A stretch of 63,343 nt of DNA, counting the filler, from Stramenopiles sp. TOSAG23-6 (taxonomy: Eukaryota): NCBI GenBank assembly GCA_900128565.1. It is 8 parts of 8 records of this genome, joined end to end, with 100 filler letters (N's around TTAATTAATTAA, not from the genome) between each part and the next. Parts side by side here need not be neighbours in the genome. Positions count along the whole stretch, not along the records: positions 30,345 to 40,309 come from LT636340.1; positions 40,410 to 50,371 come from LT636341.1; 6 more parts are not named here. One strand, written 5' to 3'. This document shows, piece by piece, positions 36,721 through 48,639 of the stretch. Under the pieces are notes generated by a model that was not told the origin of the DNA, did no database searches, and was given only the letters and a program-made list of their open reading frames with translations. Position 1 is the first letter of the stretch. Each line of letters begins with the position of its first letter. The position numbers and the translations under genes are program-made.

Positions 36721-38712
36721 TTACTCATTATTCTCACCCCACACTTTACGTGTATGTCCTGGAATTAAGTATAAAATATCAGTACGAATTACATATTTTG
36801 CTCCTTTAGTTACTGCACTCCCTTCATGAACAATACTACCAACAGATCCTCCATGAGGAAATATCAAAACAGAACCAACACGTGGTTCAACTCTTCTTCC
36901 TTCCATTATATTTTCATTTGGACTAGGTGTATAAAAATTGGTTGTTCCACCTTCAAAATCGTCATTTAAGTAGACTAAAAAGGTAAAACGTGACCATCTA
37001 TCTCCGAAAATATCATATTCATACTTTTCTATTTGATTTGTTTTTGAAAATGATTCAGACAACATATTGGAAGGATTCATTCCTAGCTCATTATCCACAT
37101 TTTTATTCATCATTCTTATACCACTTCCTGGCCAAGATCCATCAACGTGAGGTCGATAAATTGCACCTGGGTGATATCTATATAATCGCAATCTTGCATT
37201 TAACCCTTGTGTCATTGGTAGTGTTGAATCTCCAACAGTCTGTGGTAAAAATCTTCGACATCGAGCAAACATCTTTTCTGATAATTGATCTGTTAGCCAA
37301 ATAAAACTACGTGCTCGTGGAGTATATCCTGGTGGTGGTGGTGCTGAAGTGAGAGGTTCATCCGGTACATACCCATCAGGAGATCCTTCAGCAGCAGCAA
37401 TAATTTGATTGCATTCATTCAAGGAAAGAATATTTGAAATGACAAATGCTCCTGGGACATTTGGTACGTCTGTACGTATTTGCTTACTACAATTCGGCTT
37501 ATCTAAATCAATATCATATGTAATAATGGATTCTATAGACTGATAGATTGTTAATGCATAACGATTTCGTGGACGGCGATCTCCGCCATTTTCTTTATAT
37601 ACTACTTTAAAAGCATTTGCGTAGTGTGATGCAGACATTACACAAAGATTTTCTCTTTCTCGTGTTCCATATTTTCCAGTATATATATTTAATGTGACAT
37701 CTGTACTAGTCTTTTTTGAAATATCCATACTCGTATTAGTATTAGTAGTAGTAGTAGTAGTAGTAGTAGATGCAAGAATGCGTTGTTGACCCAATTCAAA
37801 TGCATGTATATCGGCAATGTCATGCGGATCAGATGGAATTGGTTTTCCCCGAGGTTCCGCGGCAAATGAAGGAAACCATTCAATTAGTTTGTGACACTTT
37901 TTTTGTACCACTTGATTTTCTTTATTTTCTTGTTTCTTCTGTTTTATCACTTGACTGTTTTGATTTTCTTGATTTTTTTGTTCAATCCACCACCACGATA
38001 AAGGCTGTAAACAACAAATATTATAAAGTAAACTAACAGCATCTTTGTTATCTAAACTAGCAAATTTATCCTCATTCATGACATCACGCACCCAACGTTG
38101 AACAGACGATAACTTTGGCTGATGCTTTTCTGACCGCATTTTGGATAATAAAGTAATTGCGTCGCGGTGGCAACCATCTCGTAAGGCAACTGAAATACGA
38201 TTACTCATACTACTTGATTTCTCTTTATCATATTCTTGCATAAAGTAAGTAAGTGTGCTACGAAGTTTCTTCATTGGCTTCGTCGTGATCAGTCCCGGAA
38301 CAGACACAACTTCATCAATGGTTCTAATGGATTGACTCAATATTTTCTCACTATTCAATAAATCAATACTAAAGTCAGTTTCTTCAACCATGTATTTTTG
38401 TTTTTTCTTCAAATTATGTTGTTGTTGTCTATGCTTCCTCTGTTTCTTTGTGACGTTTGAAGAGTTATAAACAATCGACAATTCCTCTAAAAGTGGACGA
38501 AGAGACCGACGAAGTGGTCGAAAGTGTAAACTATAATAGTCTACTACGGCACTATTATTCGATAAATACGTAAGAAGAGAACAAAGCTCATCTATATTTA
38601 CTTGATCATTAGAGTTTTCGGAAACAGTAGTACAGGCAGCTGATACTGGAGGGTTCATTCCAGCTACTCGCTTACGCTTGCGCTTACGCTTCATTTTCCC
38701 ATATTTCCCCAT
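36721..38712 (-). CDS. 2OG-Fe(II) oxygenase (mirror copy)
   Basis: Identical translation to 31942-33933. Confidence 0.9.
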   Translation of the reverse strand: MGKYGKMKRKRKRKRVAGMNPPVSAACTTVSENSNDQVNIDELCSLLTYLSNNSAVVDYYSLHFRPLRRSLRPLLEELSIVYNSSNVTKKQRKHRQQQHNLKKKQKYMVEETDFSIDLLNSEKILSQSIRTIDEVVSVPGLITTKPMKKLRSTLTYFMQEYDKEKSSSMSNRISVALRDGCHRDAITLLSKMRSEKHQPKLSSVQRWVRDVMNEDKFASLDNKDAVSLLYNICCLQPLSWWWIEQKNQENQNSQVIKQKKQENKENQVVQKKCHKLIEWFPSFAAEPRGKPIPSDPHDIADIHAFELGQQRILASTTTTTTTTNTNTSMDISKKTSTDVTLNIYTGKYGTRERENLCVMSASHYANAFKVVYKENGGDRRPRNRYALTIYQSIESIITYDIDLDKPNCSKQIRTDVPNVPGAFVISNILSLNECNQIIAAAEGSPDGYVPDEPLTSAPPPPGYTPRARSFIWLTDQLSEKMFARCRRFLPQTVGDSTLPMTQGLNARLRLYRYHPGAIYRPHVDGSWPGSGIRMMNKNVDNELGMNPSNMLSESFSKTNQIEKYEYDIFGDRWSRFTFLVYLNDDFEGGTTNFYTPSPNENIMEGRRVEPRVGSVLIFPHGGSVGSIVHEGSAVTKGAKYVIRTDILYLIPGHTRKVWGENNE

Positions 38713-39039
38713 ATTATGGAAAGGTTTGCAAGCAACTACTGAAAGAGTTCTGTCCGTTTTAGCTACAGTAGTTAGCGTACTGTAATGGTTGATACATATA
38801 TTACTATATAGCTTGTAGACTACCTAACCTAATGCCAATCTAATCTGAAATCGCGGCTGACTCTTACTACACGAAATCTGCTGTTTTTCGGCAACATCAA
38901 AAATTTGAATTCATTTTTCATGATATTGGACTTCTTCTTTGTTTGCGTGTTGTTTTTCTTTTTTTGAATAATTAGTAGTGTTACATTGATTCCTAAAGAG
39001 TGTATTAAGTATAGTGTTGAAAATACAACATTATTGAAA

Positions 39040-40256
39040 ATGCGTGCATCTCGCCGACAAACTCTAGGGGCGATGTCAATTAATGAGTTTCGGAATAATG
39101 ACAGAGGTGGTTCACGACCTATCCGAAGATCAAAGGCTCGTCAGTCCATGGCTCCACGAGTAGGTGGCGGGGGTCGTGTATCGCTCGCACCCGCACGACG
39201 AGGGGGTGGTGGTCGATTACGCGAGAATCGTCGTGCAAGTGTTGGTAATTACAGATCCAGTCTAGGTGTCGGTCGTCGTCAAAGTTTATATGGAAGTATG
39301 CACACAGAAATGAAGAAAGAGTGTCGCCCCATTGGTGATAAAAAGTATACTGAGGAGTGTGCGAATATTCTCATTACTTATTTAGCTACTCACCAATATG
39401 AACATCCTGTAAACAAAAAGCAAGTTCTTCGACCAACTAATCGTGATTTTCACAATATTGTTCATTTCTTATTTAGAAAACTAGACGTGAATTATCAGAA
39501 CGGTCGGTCCATGACGGAAATGACAAAAGAAGTTCCTTTAATGTTCAAAGGTATCAGCTATCCTTTTTCTATATCAAAAACCGCTCTCAGCGCCGTTGGT
39601 ACACCACACACATGGCCTGCTCTATTGGCTGCTCTGACATGGCTTGTTGAATTACTATCATACGATGATGCCGTCTCCCTTGCTGAAGAAAATGAAACAG
39701 ATAAAACTGAAGTTGACTACGAACAAAAGAGTGCCCGCATCTTTTTTAAGTATCTGGGCAAAGCGTACAAAGCATTTCTCGCGGGTGACGATGCTATGGA
39801 AGAATCTCTTCTCCAAGATTTAATTTTGGATAAAGAAAATCGTAATAAAGCAATTCAAATGAAGATTGATGATAGCGTAGAAAAGCAACAAGAACTCACT
39901 GCAGAAAAAACAACTTTGGAAAATTCCGGGTCTGCTTTACCTGCTCTTCATGCAAAACAAGCTGATTATACAAACGATTTACAAAAGTTCCAAATGCTCA
40001 TTCAGAAGTTAGATGATCATGCCGTTACTATGAAGAAAAAGCTGGCTCATCGACGAGAAGATTGTGAAGCAAAATCGAAACAATTGATTGAATGTCAAGA
40101 ACGACAGGCTCAACTTCAAGCTGAGGTTGATGCACAAGAACTAAGTGCTAAAGATGTTGAACAGATGAAACAAAATCGAGCTCATCTCAAAGCTGAACTT
40201 CAACGAGTTGTGAGTTCAAAGGAAGCTATGCAAAAAGAAGTTTGGGAGTTGGAAAT
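39040..40256 (+). CDS. NDC80: NDC80/HEC1 exon 1; intron starts 40257 (AT|GTATG)
   Basis: Same CH-domain motifs as the mirror copy; coiled coil; truncated by contig end. Confidence 0.9.
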
Positions 40257-40409
40257 GTATGTTTTATTTTTTTTCAAATTTGATTTTTTTTTCGTACGAA
40301 ATTTTGTACNNNNNNNNNNNNNNNNNNNNNNNNNNNNNNNNNNNNNNNNNNNNTTAATTAATTAANNNNNNNNNNNNNNNNNNNNNNNNNNNNNNNNNNN
40401 NNNNNNNNN

Positions 40410-40947
40410 CCTGATTCGATAGATTCCGAAATGGTATCCCGGGACTGGATGAATATGGGATATGTATAGTACTTGATCCATTTGGAAGAAATACATTAAC
40501 AGGTGGTGACTGAGGCGACTGAGGCTGATGATTATGATAATACTGTTGTGGTGTTAATTGTAGAGGCGGCGGAGAATGTGAAAACCTCTGATGAGTTTGA
40601 TGAGTTAGATGAGTCTGTGATAAATGCAGAGGCGGCGGAGAATGAGTTTGATGATAGGGATAATATGGGCTTTGAGGACCCGGACGCTGTCCCATCAAAG
40701 GTGACTCACGTGACTCATCTGAGCCCAAACGGAATCGCCGTTGTTCATATTGTTGTTGTTGTTGTTCATGATAGTACTGATGTTGTTCTTGCATGTCCAG
40801 TGCACGGACGTCCATTGAACGAAATCGTCCATGGTGAGGATTGTTTTGTTTTCGTTGTTGCTGCTGTTGCTGATGATAAGAACCATACGAAGCAGCATGA
40901 CTGACGTATATGTAATGCAACACGAATAAAACAAATAACAATCTCAT
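40410..40947 (-). CDS. Secreted Q/H/P-rich protein, 5' part
   Basis: MRLLFVLFVLHYIYVSHA signal peptide; RFR motifs; truncated. Confidence 0.6.
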
Positions 40948-40984
40948 CGGATTAACCACTAACAAAGCCAACCTGTGAAAGTAT

Positions 40985-43900
40985 GTGAATGAGGTAAAAG
41001 TGAATATTGCAAATAATGCAAATAATAGTTCAAAGGACAAAGTAATTACACAATTCAACAGCATTGTAGAACAAGTAATAAAGCAATTGCGTGGTAAATC
41101 ATCAGATAATAAAATACCATCTAAAAGCGCCGTATTTGATAAAGTACTACAAGGACAAATCGAATCATTAAGACTTTATTGAAAAATATTCGAAAGAACG
41201 AAGGTAATCAAATATCGGGTAAACCAAAACAAAAACCTCGGAAAGATGAACAACGTCAATCGTTAAGGTCAAACAACCGTTCAAATAAGAAGAGTGGATG
41301 TTTCAGTTGTATGACAAAGAAGAAAAGTGGTGCAAGTGGTCATAAGAGCAAGAAGAGTGCGTGTTCATGGATACGTTTCGTCCAATCTGGAATTGCGTGC
41401 GTCTTTGCAATGATGTTTCATGTATCTATGTTACCAACAGATACATATGATTCATTGTCGAGTCAACCCTCAGTGATAACGTCTTCACAGTAGCCTGATT
41501 CATTGAAACAACATAAACCATGGTATCCTGATTCATTGAAATTACATAAATCATGGTATGTTCCAAGAACAGATACTATGAATAATGAGATACCATATGG
41601 CATATCCCCTGGATTTGATGTACAACGGTATCAAAACTTAGGACATACGACATCAATAAATACAATACCACAGGATCCAAGCAATATAAAAGTGCTTGAT
41701 CATATTGGATTTGATGCTTATGATGGTCTACCAAATGAAGCAAAGTACGAAGTGTACAAGGATAATTACTTTATGATGACTAAAACGTTACATCAAATAC
41801 TCGTGTCGTTTTCTGCTATGCCTCCGAAATGGCATGAAGATCTTACTATTCGTTGTACACATTTATTACCGTATTATCAAAAGGAAAAACAATTACGTGA
41901 AAAATTGTTTCATTATCATGTAATGTTTGATAAAAGTTATCCAGGAGTATGCGGTCAGTATTACACACAACAACATGCTCTTAACGATTTCGAATTAAAA
42001 AGATTGAATTACTATACATCTCAATGTGGTCTAGACAAGGGTAAATCACCAATGCAAACAATTGATTTTGTAAAAAGTTGGTGGCAGAAAATGGAACTGA
42101 AAATGATTCAAAATCATCCAGGATTATATGTTTTATTTTTTTTTTTCTTGTATGAATTTTTTTTCGTACGAAATTGTGTACCTAACAATTTTTTTTTCAA
42201 ATATTTTTCCAAAATACATAGTTGAACGTCATACAGTTGAATATACAACGAAACTGGTACGTTTAGTGTATCATGTGAACATTCATGGCTATGCGAACAA
42301 AATTAAACAAGTTGAAGCAGAACACTATCAAAAAGCAAAGAAAAAACGAAACGGTAATCATCAAGAAAGATCGTCTCAATTAGAGAGCACTCCTAAATTG
42401 GATGAGGCAATAAAAGAAATCAAAAGACGACGTAAGGAGTGGAGTAAATCATTTCATTTATTATTTCCGGATCGAGTACCAAGATGTATGTTTTTTTTTT
42501 CAATTTCAATTTCGAATTTTTTTTTTATTTTCGTACTAAATTTTGTACCTAACGAATTGTTTTTGAAATATTTTTCCAAAATACATATACCAAACGCAAA
42601 AGGATGCGTCTCAAGCGCGAATACAATGATTATATATCGAAATTAATGCTAGCATTGATAAATGATCAAAAGGAAATATCAGCAGAAGAATATCAAGTTA
42701 ATTTGAAGTACGTACGTGATGTAAAAATTCCAAGATATAAGAAAAACTTTCATGAAGAAAATGTATGTTTTATTTTTTTTCAAATTCTATTTTTTTTTTC
42801 GTACGAAAATTTGTACCTAACAAATTTTAGTTTTTTTTTACTATTTTTCCAAAATACATCCTGGTGTAGTTGTCGATGAAACACATGCTAATGCTGTTTT
42901 ACTAAATGTATATGAGCATATGGTGAAACCGTATGATATGCAGGCAAATGATATTCGAATGGAGTATCAAAGTAATCTTCATCATATTCAAGATCCTTCT
43001 CAAATTAATTTTCATTATACTCAACAACTTGATAAAATATCTGCGTCAAGAAAGAATATGTATGAAGAGTTTATTTATCTATTCCCACAACTTGAATCAA
43101 GGCTCGAAACTGGTGAGAAGAAGTATGAATTATTCGGTGCAGATCCTCAAAATACTCCTGAACATATAGCAAGAGCAATACGTGTGCTTGATGACATTAT
43201 TGGTGATATTGGTGATATTGGCAAGACACTGGAGCCTGTACCAATAAGAGTATCAATGGACGATGTACTACAAAAGTACAAACAAACTATGGGTACAATG
43301 GATGAAAAATTAGTACAATATGATACATTCCCAGATGAAGTCAAACTCGAAATATATAAGGAAAACTATTTTATTCATTCTCGTCCAATAAATTTTTTAG
43401 GAAGGGCTTCTTTTACATTGGGCAACATACGCAATGGATATGAAAGATGTGAGACAATCCTCGGATATGATCGCGCTGAAATATCAGCTAGAGAAAGATT
43501 ATACAAATACACTAAAGCATTTAATGATAAATACCCTTCCTTGCTTGGTCCTAACTATACAGAAAAGCATTTGATCAATGTACGTTTTCATTTCATTTTT
43601 TTGTCTAAATTGTTTTTCATACGAAATTTTGTACCTAACATTTTTTTTTTTTTTTTTTAAATATTGTTTTTCATACGAAATTTTGTACCTAACATTTTTT
43701 TTTTTTTTTTTGAAATATTGTTTCATAATCCATGGCTATCAAATACGTAGTCTCGGCTATTTTACAAAAATGTGTGATTTGGGCAGAGATGCAAAAGTTG
43801 AAGAAAGGAAAAAGATAAAAAGTGGAATGGAAGAAATGGTAAAGGATTTTAATAGAAATTATCCAGGACTTATTGATAAATTCTATAAAGAGTATCAAAC

Positions 43901-46223
43901 AAAAGTAAACAGGCTAATTTATCATGTCACTGTTAATGGTTATCATAACCAAATAAAAGAACGAGAAACAAAAAATGATGACATGTTGAAAAAGTATGGT
44001 GACTCTGAAGAACGTAGAAAACGTGCAACAAGTTATATTGAAAAAATTAAAGAAAAATTGGAACAATTTATTCGACAATTCCACAAGGATTATCCAAATC
44101 AAGTGCCAAAATATTCAAAAGCAAAAAGGAAGCGTTTGCAGCGCGAATATAGAGAATATATATCTGGTGTCATGTCTCAACTTGAAAAGAAAAAGCAGCA
44201 AGTATTATCTCCTGACCATGACTTTGAGAGCTTACGAAGTCATGCAGTCAATACCAAAATTGCCCAATATAAAGAAGAATTTCATGAGAGGTATGTATGT
44301 TTTATTTGTTTTCAAATTCGAATTTGTTTTCGTACGAAATTTTGTACCTAACGAGTTTTTGTTTTGAAATATTTTTCCAAAATACATCCTGGTGTTATTG
44401 TAGATGATTTATTTTCTGAAGTTACGTTGGTATTTGCATATACAAATATTATGAAGAATTTAGATAATCAAGCACAAGCAGTTATGTCGGGATATCAGAA
44501 AGAATTTCGCGCTTCAGCTAATCCGGCGAATGTTCAGTACGAATACTCATTGAAACTTCAAGAAGTCGGTGAACTGCGAAAGAAGAAAGAGAAAGAATTT
44601 CTTAAATTATTTCCACAACTCAGAGACAAGATTCAATTCCAACAACAACAAGGTCCCGTTACTTATGAACCGTTGCCTCTACAAGTGAATACAAGGCTGA
44701 CAAGCAATGGGAAAAAGAATGAAACACTTGATACAAATAGAAATGAATCACTTGCTAAAAATGGTGAAAGTATTCCTGAGCAAATAACAAGTGTAATAAA
44801 TCCCCAGGATGATGCTATTATTGAGACACAAGAGCCTGTACCAATAAGATTATCAATGGATTTTATATCGGAACAAACGGCGCGATCTCCTGTGATAGAA
44901 TCTAATTCAAGTCAAGCAGATAAATCTCCTGTGATAGAATCTAATTCAAGTGAAGCAGATAAATCTCCTGTGATAGAATCTAATTCAAGTGAAGCAGATA
45001 AATCAATAGCTTTCTTTCAACTTGACCTGATGGGAGATCAGTTACTACAGTATGATGATTTATCTGATGAAGACAAATCCGAAAGATACAAGGTATATTA
45101 TTTTAGACAGACGCGCATATTACAGGAAATAGAAATGGAGTTTGCAAAGATTCCATCACACTACAGAGGTTATGAAAAATGTGATTATGTCCGTCCATTA
45201 TATCGTACTGAAAACGAAGCAAGAGAGAAGCTATTCGATTATCATAAACGATTTGTGAAGAAATATTCTGGTTTGAGCGATTACTATCTTGAACAGCATG
45301 TAATGAATGGATATGAAATAAAACGATTGAAATTTTATACTAGTATGTGTGACTTAGGTAGACCAATGGGCGTAGAACAATTAGAATCAAAGGAAAAGAT
45401 AAAAAGGAGATGGAAAAAGATGGAAGAGGATTTGGATAAAAAACATCCTGGAATTATTGATAGATACAACAAAGCATTTCGAAAGAAGAACAATATACTT
45501 GTCTATCACATTAAAATCCATGGTTATCATAATAAGATGAAGGAACGTGATGTCAAGTATAAAAGAAGAGTCAAATTATTTGGTGATTCTGAAAGTCGAA
45601 GAGGACGTGTGAGAGATTTTAAAATAGGAGTACGAAAAAAGTTGAAAAACTTTATTAAAAAGTTCCATGAAAGTTNTCCNGGCGCGGTACCAAAATATTC
45701 AGAAATGGAAACAAAAACTTTACAGAGACAATATAGAGAACATATATCTAATATTATGTCTGAAGTAGAACGATATAAACATCTGGTTTCATCAGAAGTT
45801 GAATTTGAGAAATTTAAAGAATATACAATGAATATAAGACTAGCAAAATACAAACAAAGTTTTCACCAGGAATATCCTGGTATTATCGTCGATGAACCAT
45901 TTACTGATGCTACATTGTTTCACATATACACGCAAATGATGAAGTCTTTGGATGCCCAAGCACAAGAAGNAGTGTTGAAATTCCGCAAAGATTNTCANAC
46001 TACNGANGATCCAGAGAAACTGCAGCAAGAGTACNATTCAAAACTTGAGTTGGTTAGTAAAAGGCGAATTGTANTAGAGTTTGATTTCCTTGATTTCTTT
46101 CCGCAAATGGAAGGCAAACTTCCTATACAAGGACCAAAACCTTGGGAATTTGGAAATCATGTGCGAATGCAAATATATATGGATGGTGTTGAGGTTCAAG
46201 TAGACCCTACTAACCCTCAATAG
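40985..46223 (+). CDS. Large protein with three internal ~260-aa helical repeats; introns 42126-42219, 42486-42586, 42763-42859, 43580-43733, 44295-44387; 5' region disrupted
   Basis: Recurring LVYHVxIHGY, VPKY, FHxEYPG, FPQL motifs; frameshift ~41178 and in-frame TAG 41491-41493. Confidence 0.7.
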
Positions 46224-46348
46224 ATACTACATTGTATAAACGATAAAGGCAATAGATAGTTGTCATGAATATTATTTATTGTTTCGTTTTTTTTATTGAA
46301 TAAAAATGATATTTAGTGTTTGTTCTATTTTTTGTTGTACACTTTTCA

Positions 46349-47488
46349 TTATTCACGCTTTCTAATCTGCATTTTGACACCACCAGCACCAAGACCACTT
46401 AAACCCATCATCGCACGAAAATTTGACATTGTCTTGGCTTCTTTTTCTTGAGCAGCCCTTGCTCGTTTCAATTTACTTTTATTTTGATTCTCTTTTTTTC
46501 TATCAATTCTTTTCTTCATCCTTTGAAATTGAGATCCTTCATTTGTGCCACCACCACCCATCGATACATTTTCAGATACAGACATTCCATCACGAAGAAA
46601 TTCTTTTTCTCTAGCACTACCATGTATTGTAAAAAAATATTTTTTTTTGTAAAATTTGTTAGGTACGAAATTTCGTACGAAAAAAAAATCGAAATTGAAA
46701 AAAAATTGAAAAAAAAAACATACATGAATTCTGTTTCCTTGTGATTGACGTTTTGCCATTTTCGAAGCATGACTTCCAGGGTCTGCTCTCGCGTTGTGAA
46801 TAATTTCCGATCGATGTCTTTTCTTTTTATCCTTTATATTTTTTCGGTTTTCTTGTTTTTCTTTATAGGAGATATTTTTACGCTGTGTAATATTTAAAGT
46901 ACCTGAATTTCTTCCCTCATTATTCGTGAATGTGTCGACCGCATCTTTTGTAGACTGAAGTTGAGCTCGATCTTTATCACCTAAAGTTTTGACAAAATTC
47001 CATTTATGTTTTGTTCTTTTAGTTGTTTCGAGGATTGCTTGGGAGATACCATCATAATACATAGTATCTAAGTCATCAGAATTCCATTTTGAACAAAATT
47101 TGGAGAATAAATGACGCGCATCATCAGTTAAAAGATCATCGAGATATTTCCTTTTCTCAAGATGCAACCACACGCGAAACTCTTTTGCATGTGTAAAGTA
47201 GTCTTCTCCACTTAAAACCCTTCGGCCACCGACGTCAATTCCGCGAGCTTGTAACAAAAGTTTGGCTTTCTTCAATTTACTATCGTGACTACTGCTAGAA
47301 CGGTGCTTCTTTGCTTTTTTGATGCGTTTTTTCTCTCTACGTTCAGTACTATCAGATTGGCTACTATTGTCATCAGTATCACTACGTTTGCTTTTGCGAT
47401 GTCGCTTTTTACTCTTTTTATGAGACTTCTTTTCCTTACTACTCTTTTTTTCCTTTTTTGCTTTTTTCTCTTTCTTGTTACGACTCAT
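46349..47488 (-). CDS. SCI1 (style cell-cycle inhibitor 1)-like nuclear protein; intron 46622-46723
   Basis: EDYF...EFRVWL.LEK..Y...L...AR.LFSKF..KWN...YY.GI motif; K-rich N-terminus. Confidence 0.7.
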   Translation of the reverse strand: MSRNKKEKKAKKEKKSSKEKKSHKKSKKRHRKSKRSDTDDNSSQSDSTERREKKRIKKAKKHRSSSSHDSKLKKAKLLLQARGIDVGGRRVLSGEDYFTHAKEFRVWLHLEKRKYLDDLLTDDARHLFSKFCSKWNSDDLDTMYYDGISQAILETTKRTKHKWNFVKTLGDKDRAQLQSTKDAVDTFTNNEGRNSGTLNITQRKNISYKEKQENRKNIKDKKKRHRSEIIHNARADPGSHASKMAKRQSQGNRIHVCFFFQFFFNFDFFFVRNFVPNKFYKKKYFFTIHGSAREKEFLRDGMSVSENVSMGGGGTNEGSQFQRMKKRIDRKKENQNKSKLKRARAAQEKEAKTMSNFRAMMGLSGLGAGGVKMQIRKRE

Positions 47489-47853
47489 TCCTCTATAAAT
47501 CTATTGAGAATGACGCTATGTAATAAAATCACTACGAGTAAGACAAATCAGTACTACAGTTTGGCTATCAGGCCTACACTCACGAATCTTAGAGGATGGC
47601 CTAGCTAGAACTATAATATGATATACTCGTGTGCGTGTGTGAATGAGCAAGGAGAGGTACAAATATTTTAATATTCTTGTTTTTCTGCTGATTTTCTTTG
47701 ACCAAAAAGTCCAAAAACACGAAAAACTGTAAAAAAAAACAGTTTTGCCCAAAAATGGTAGTCAGTTCGAGTTTTTCTCGCTCTGCGGTCGTTTGTTGTT
47801 CGGTCTCTTTCTGCTTCGCCATAGCTCTATCTACTACACACAAGCAAAACAAA

Positions 47854-48255
47854 ATGGGACGTGTTCGCACTAAGACTGTCAAGAAATCTGCTCGCAAGAT
47901 TGTGGAGAAATATTACTCCCGTCTTACGATGGATTTCCAGACCAACAAACGTATCACTGATGAGGTTGCTGTCATTCCATCCAAGCGCATGCGCAACAAG
48001 ATTGCTGGTTTCGTCACTCACTTGATGAAGCGCATCTCTCGTGGCCCTGTCCGTGGTATTTCTCTCAAGCTCCAGGAAGAAGAGCGTGAGCGCCGTATGG
48101 ACTTCGTTCCAGAAGTTTCAGCTATCGCTACCGAAAACATCGAAGTTGACCCTGACACCTACAAGTTGCTCACTAGCCTCAACATGGAGCTTCCAGGAGT
48201 CACCCAGGCTAACGAGTACGGTCAGCGCCGCCGCTTCAACAAACGCCGCAACTAA
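47854..48255 (+). CDS. RPS17: 40S ribosomal protein S17 (eS17)
   Basis: [11 protein letters not shown]...[15 protein letters not shown]...[18 protein letters not shown]. Confidence 0.98.
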   Translation: MGRVRTKTVKKSARKIVEKYYSRLTMDFQTNKRITDEVAVIPSKRMRNKIAGFVTHLMKRISRGPVRGISLKLQEEERERRMDFVPEVSAIATENIEVDPDTYKLLTSLNMELPGVTQANEYGQRRRFNKRRN

Positions 48256-48639
48256 ATTATTTTAGGAGTGGTAACACACTTTGTTGCGGGACTGCGTACG
48301 TAAAAATACGAGGAAGGAGCTACCGCAGCTACTAATAAGAAAGCAATAGGGGTTAGATTGGAGATTGATGGAATTTTTGTCGTCAAATATGACAAAAATA
48401 TTTCATTCTTTTCCATTTTGACCTTCGTTATGGGACTGCGTAATGGATTACGAGGAAGGAATTGCCATAACAACAAGCCTTGTTTTTTTGGGTGACCAAA
48501 TAAAGGGTGGATTGAGCTTCATTGATTATGTATTATACTTTTTTTATTTTTATTTCTATTTTGTTGTACGTACTTGCCGCCTCTCTTTGAGTATTCGACA
48601 TGAATTTCAAATGTATTGTTTTTGTACGAAATTTCGTAC

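Larger units (their letters stand above)
30345..40309. repeat. Whole-contig inverted duplication (~5 kb arms) centred in the Sel1 gene
   Basis: Identical ORF translations mirrored on both strands. Confidence 0.95.

Noticed and set aside
41491-41493. Stop-codon reassignment
   Set aside because: Only one in-frame TAG; TAA, TAG and TGA all terminate other genes normally.
42484-42584. Reading the introns as U12-type AT-AC
   Set aside because: The shifted register is formally possible, but the ATATCCTT donor and TCCTTAAC branch consensus are absent, while U1-type GTAAGT/GTATGT is present.
43610-43726. Tandem duplication of the motif within introns (also 51298-51445, 54066-54150)
   Set aside because: Near-exact copies next to homopolymers or Ns; likely assembly overlap artefacts.
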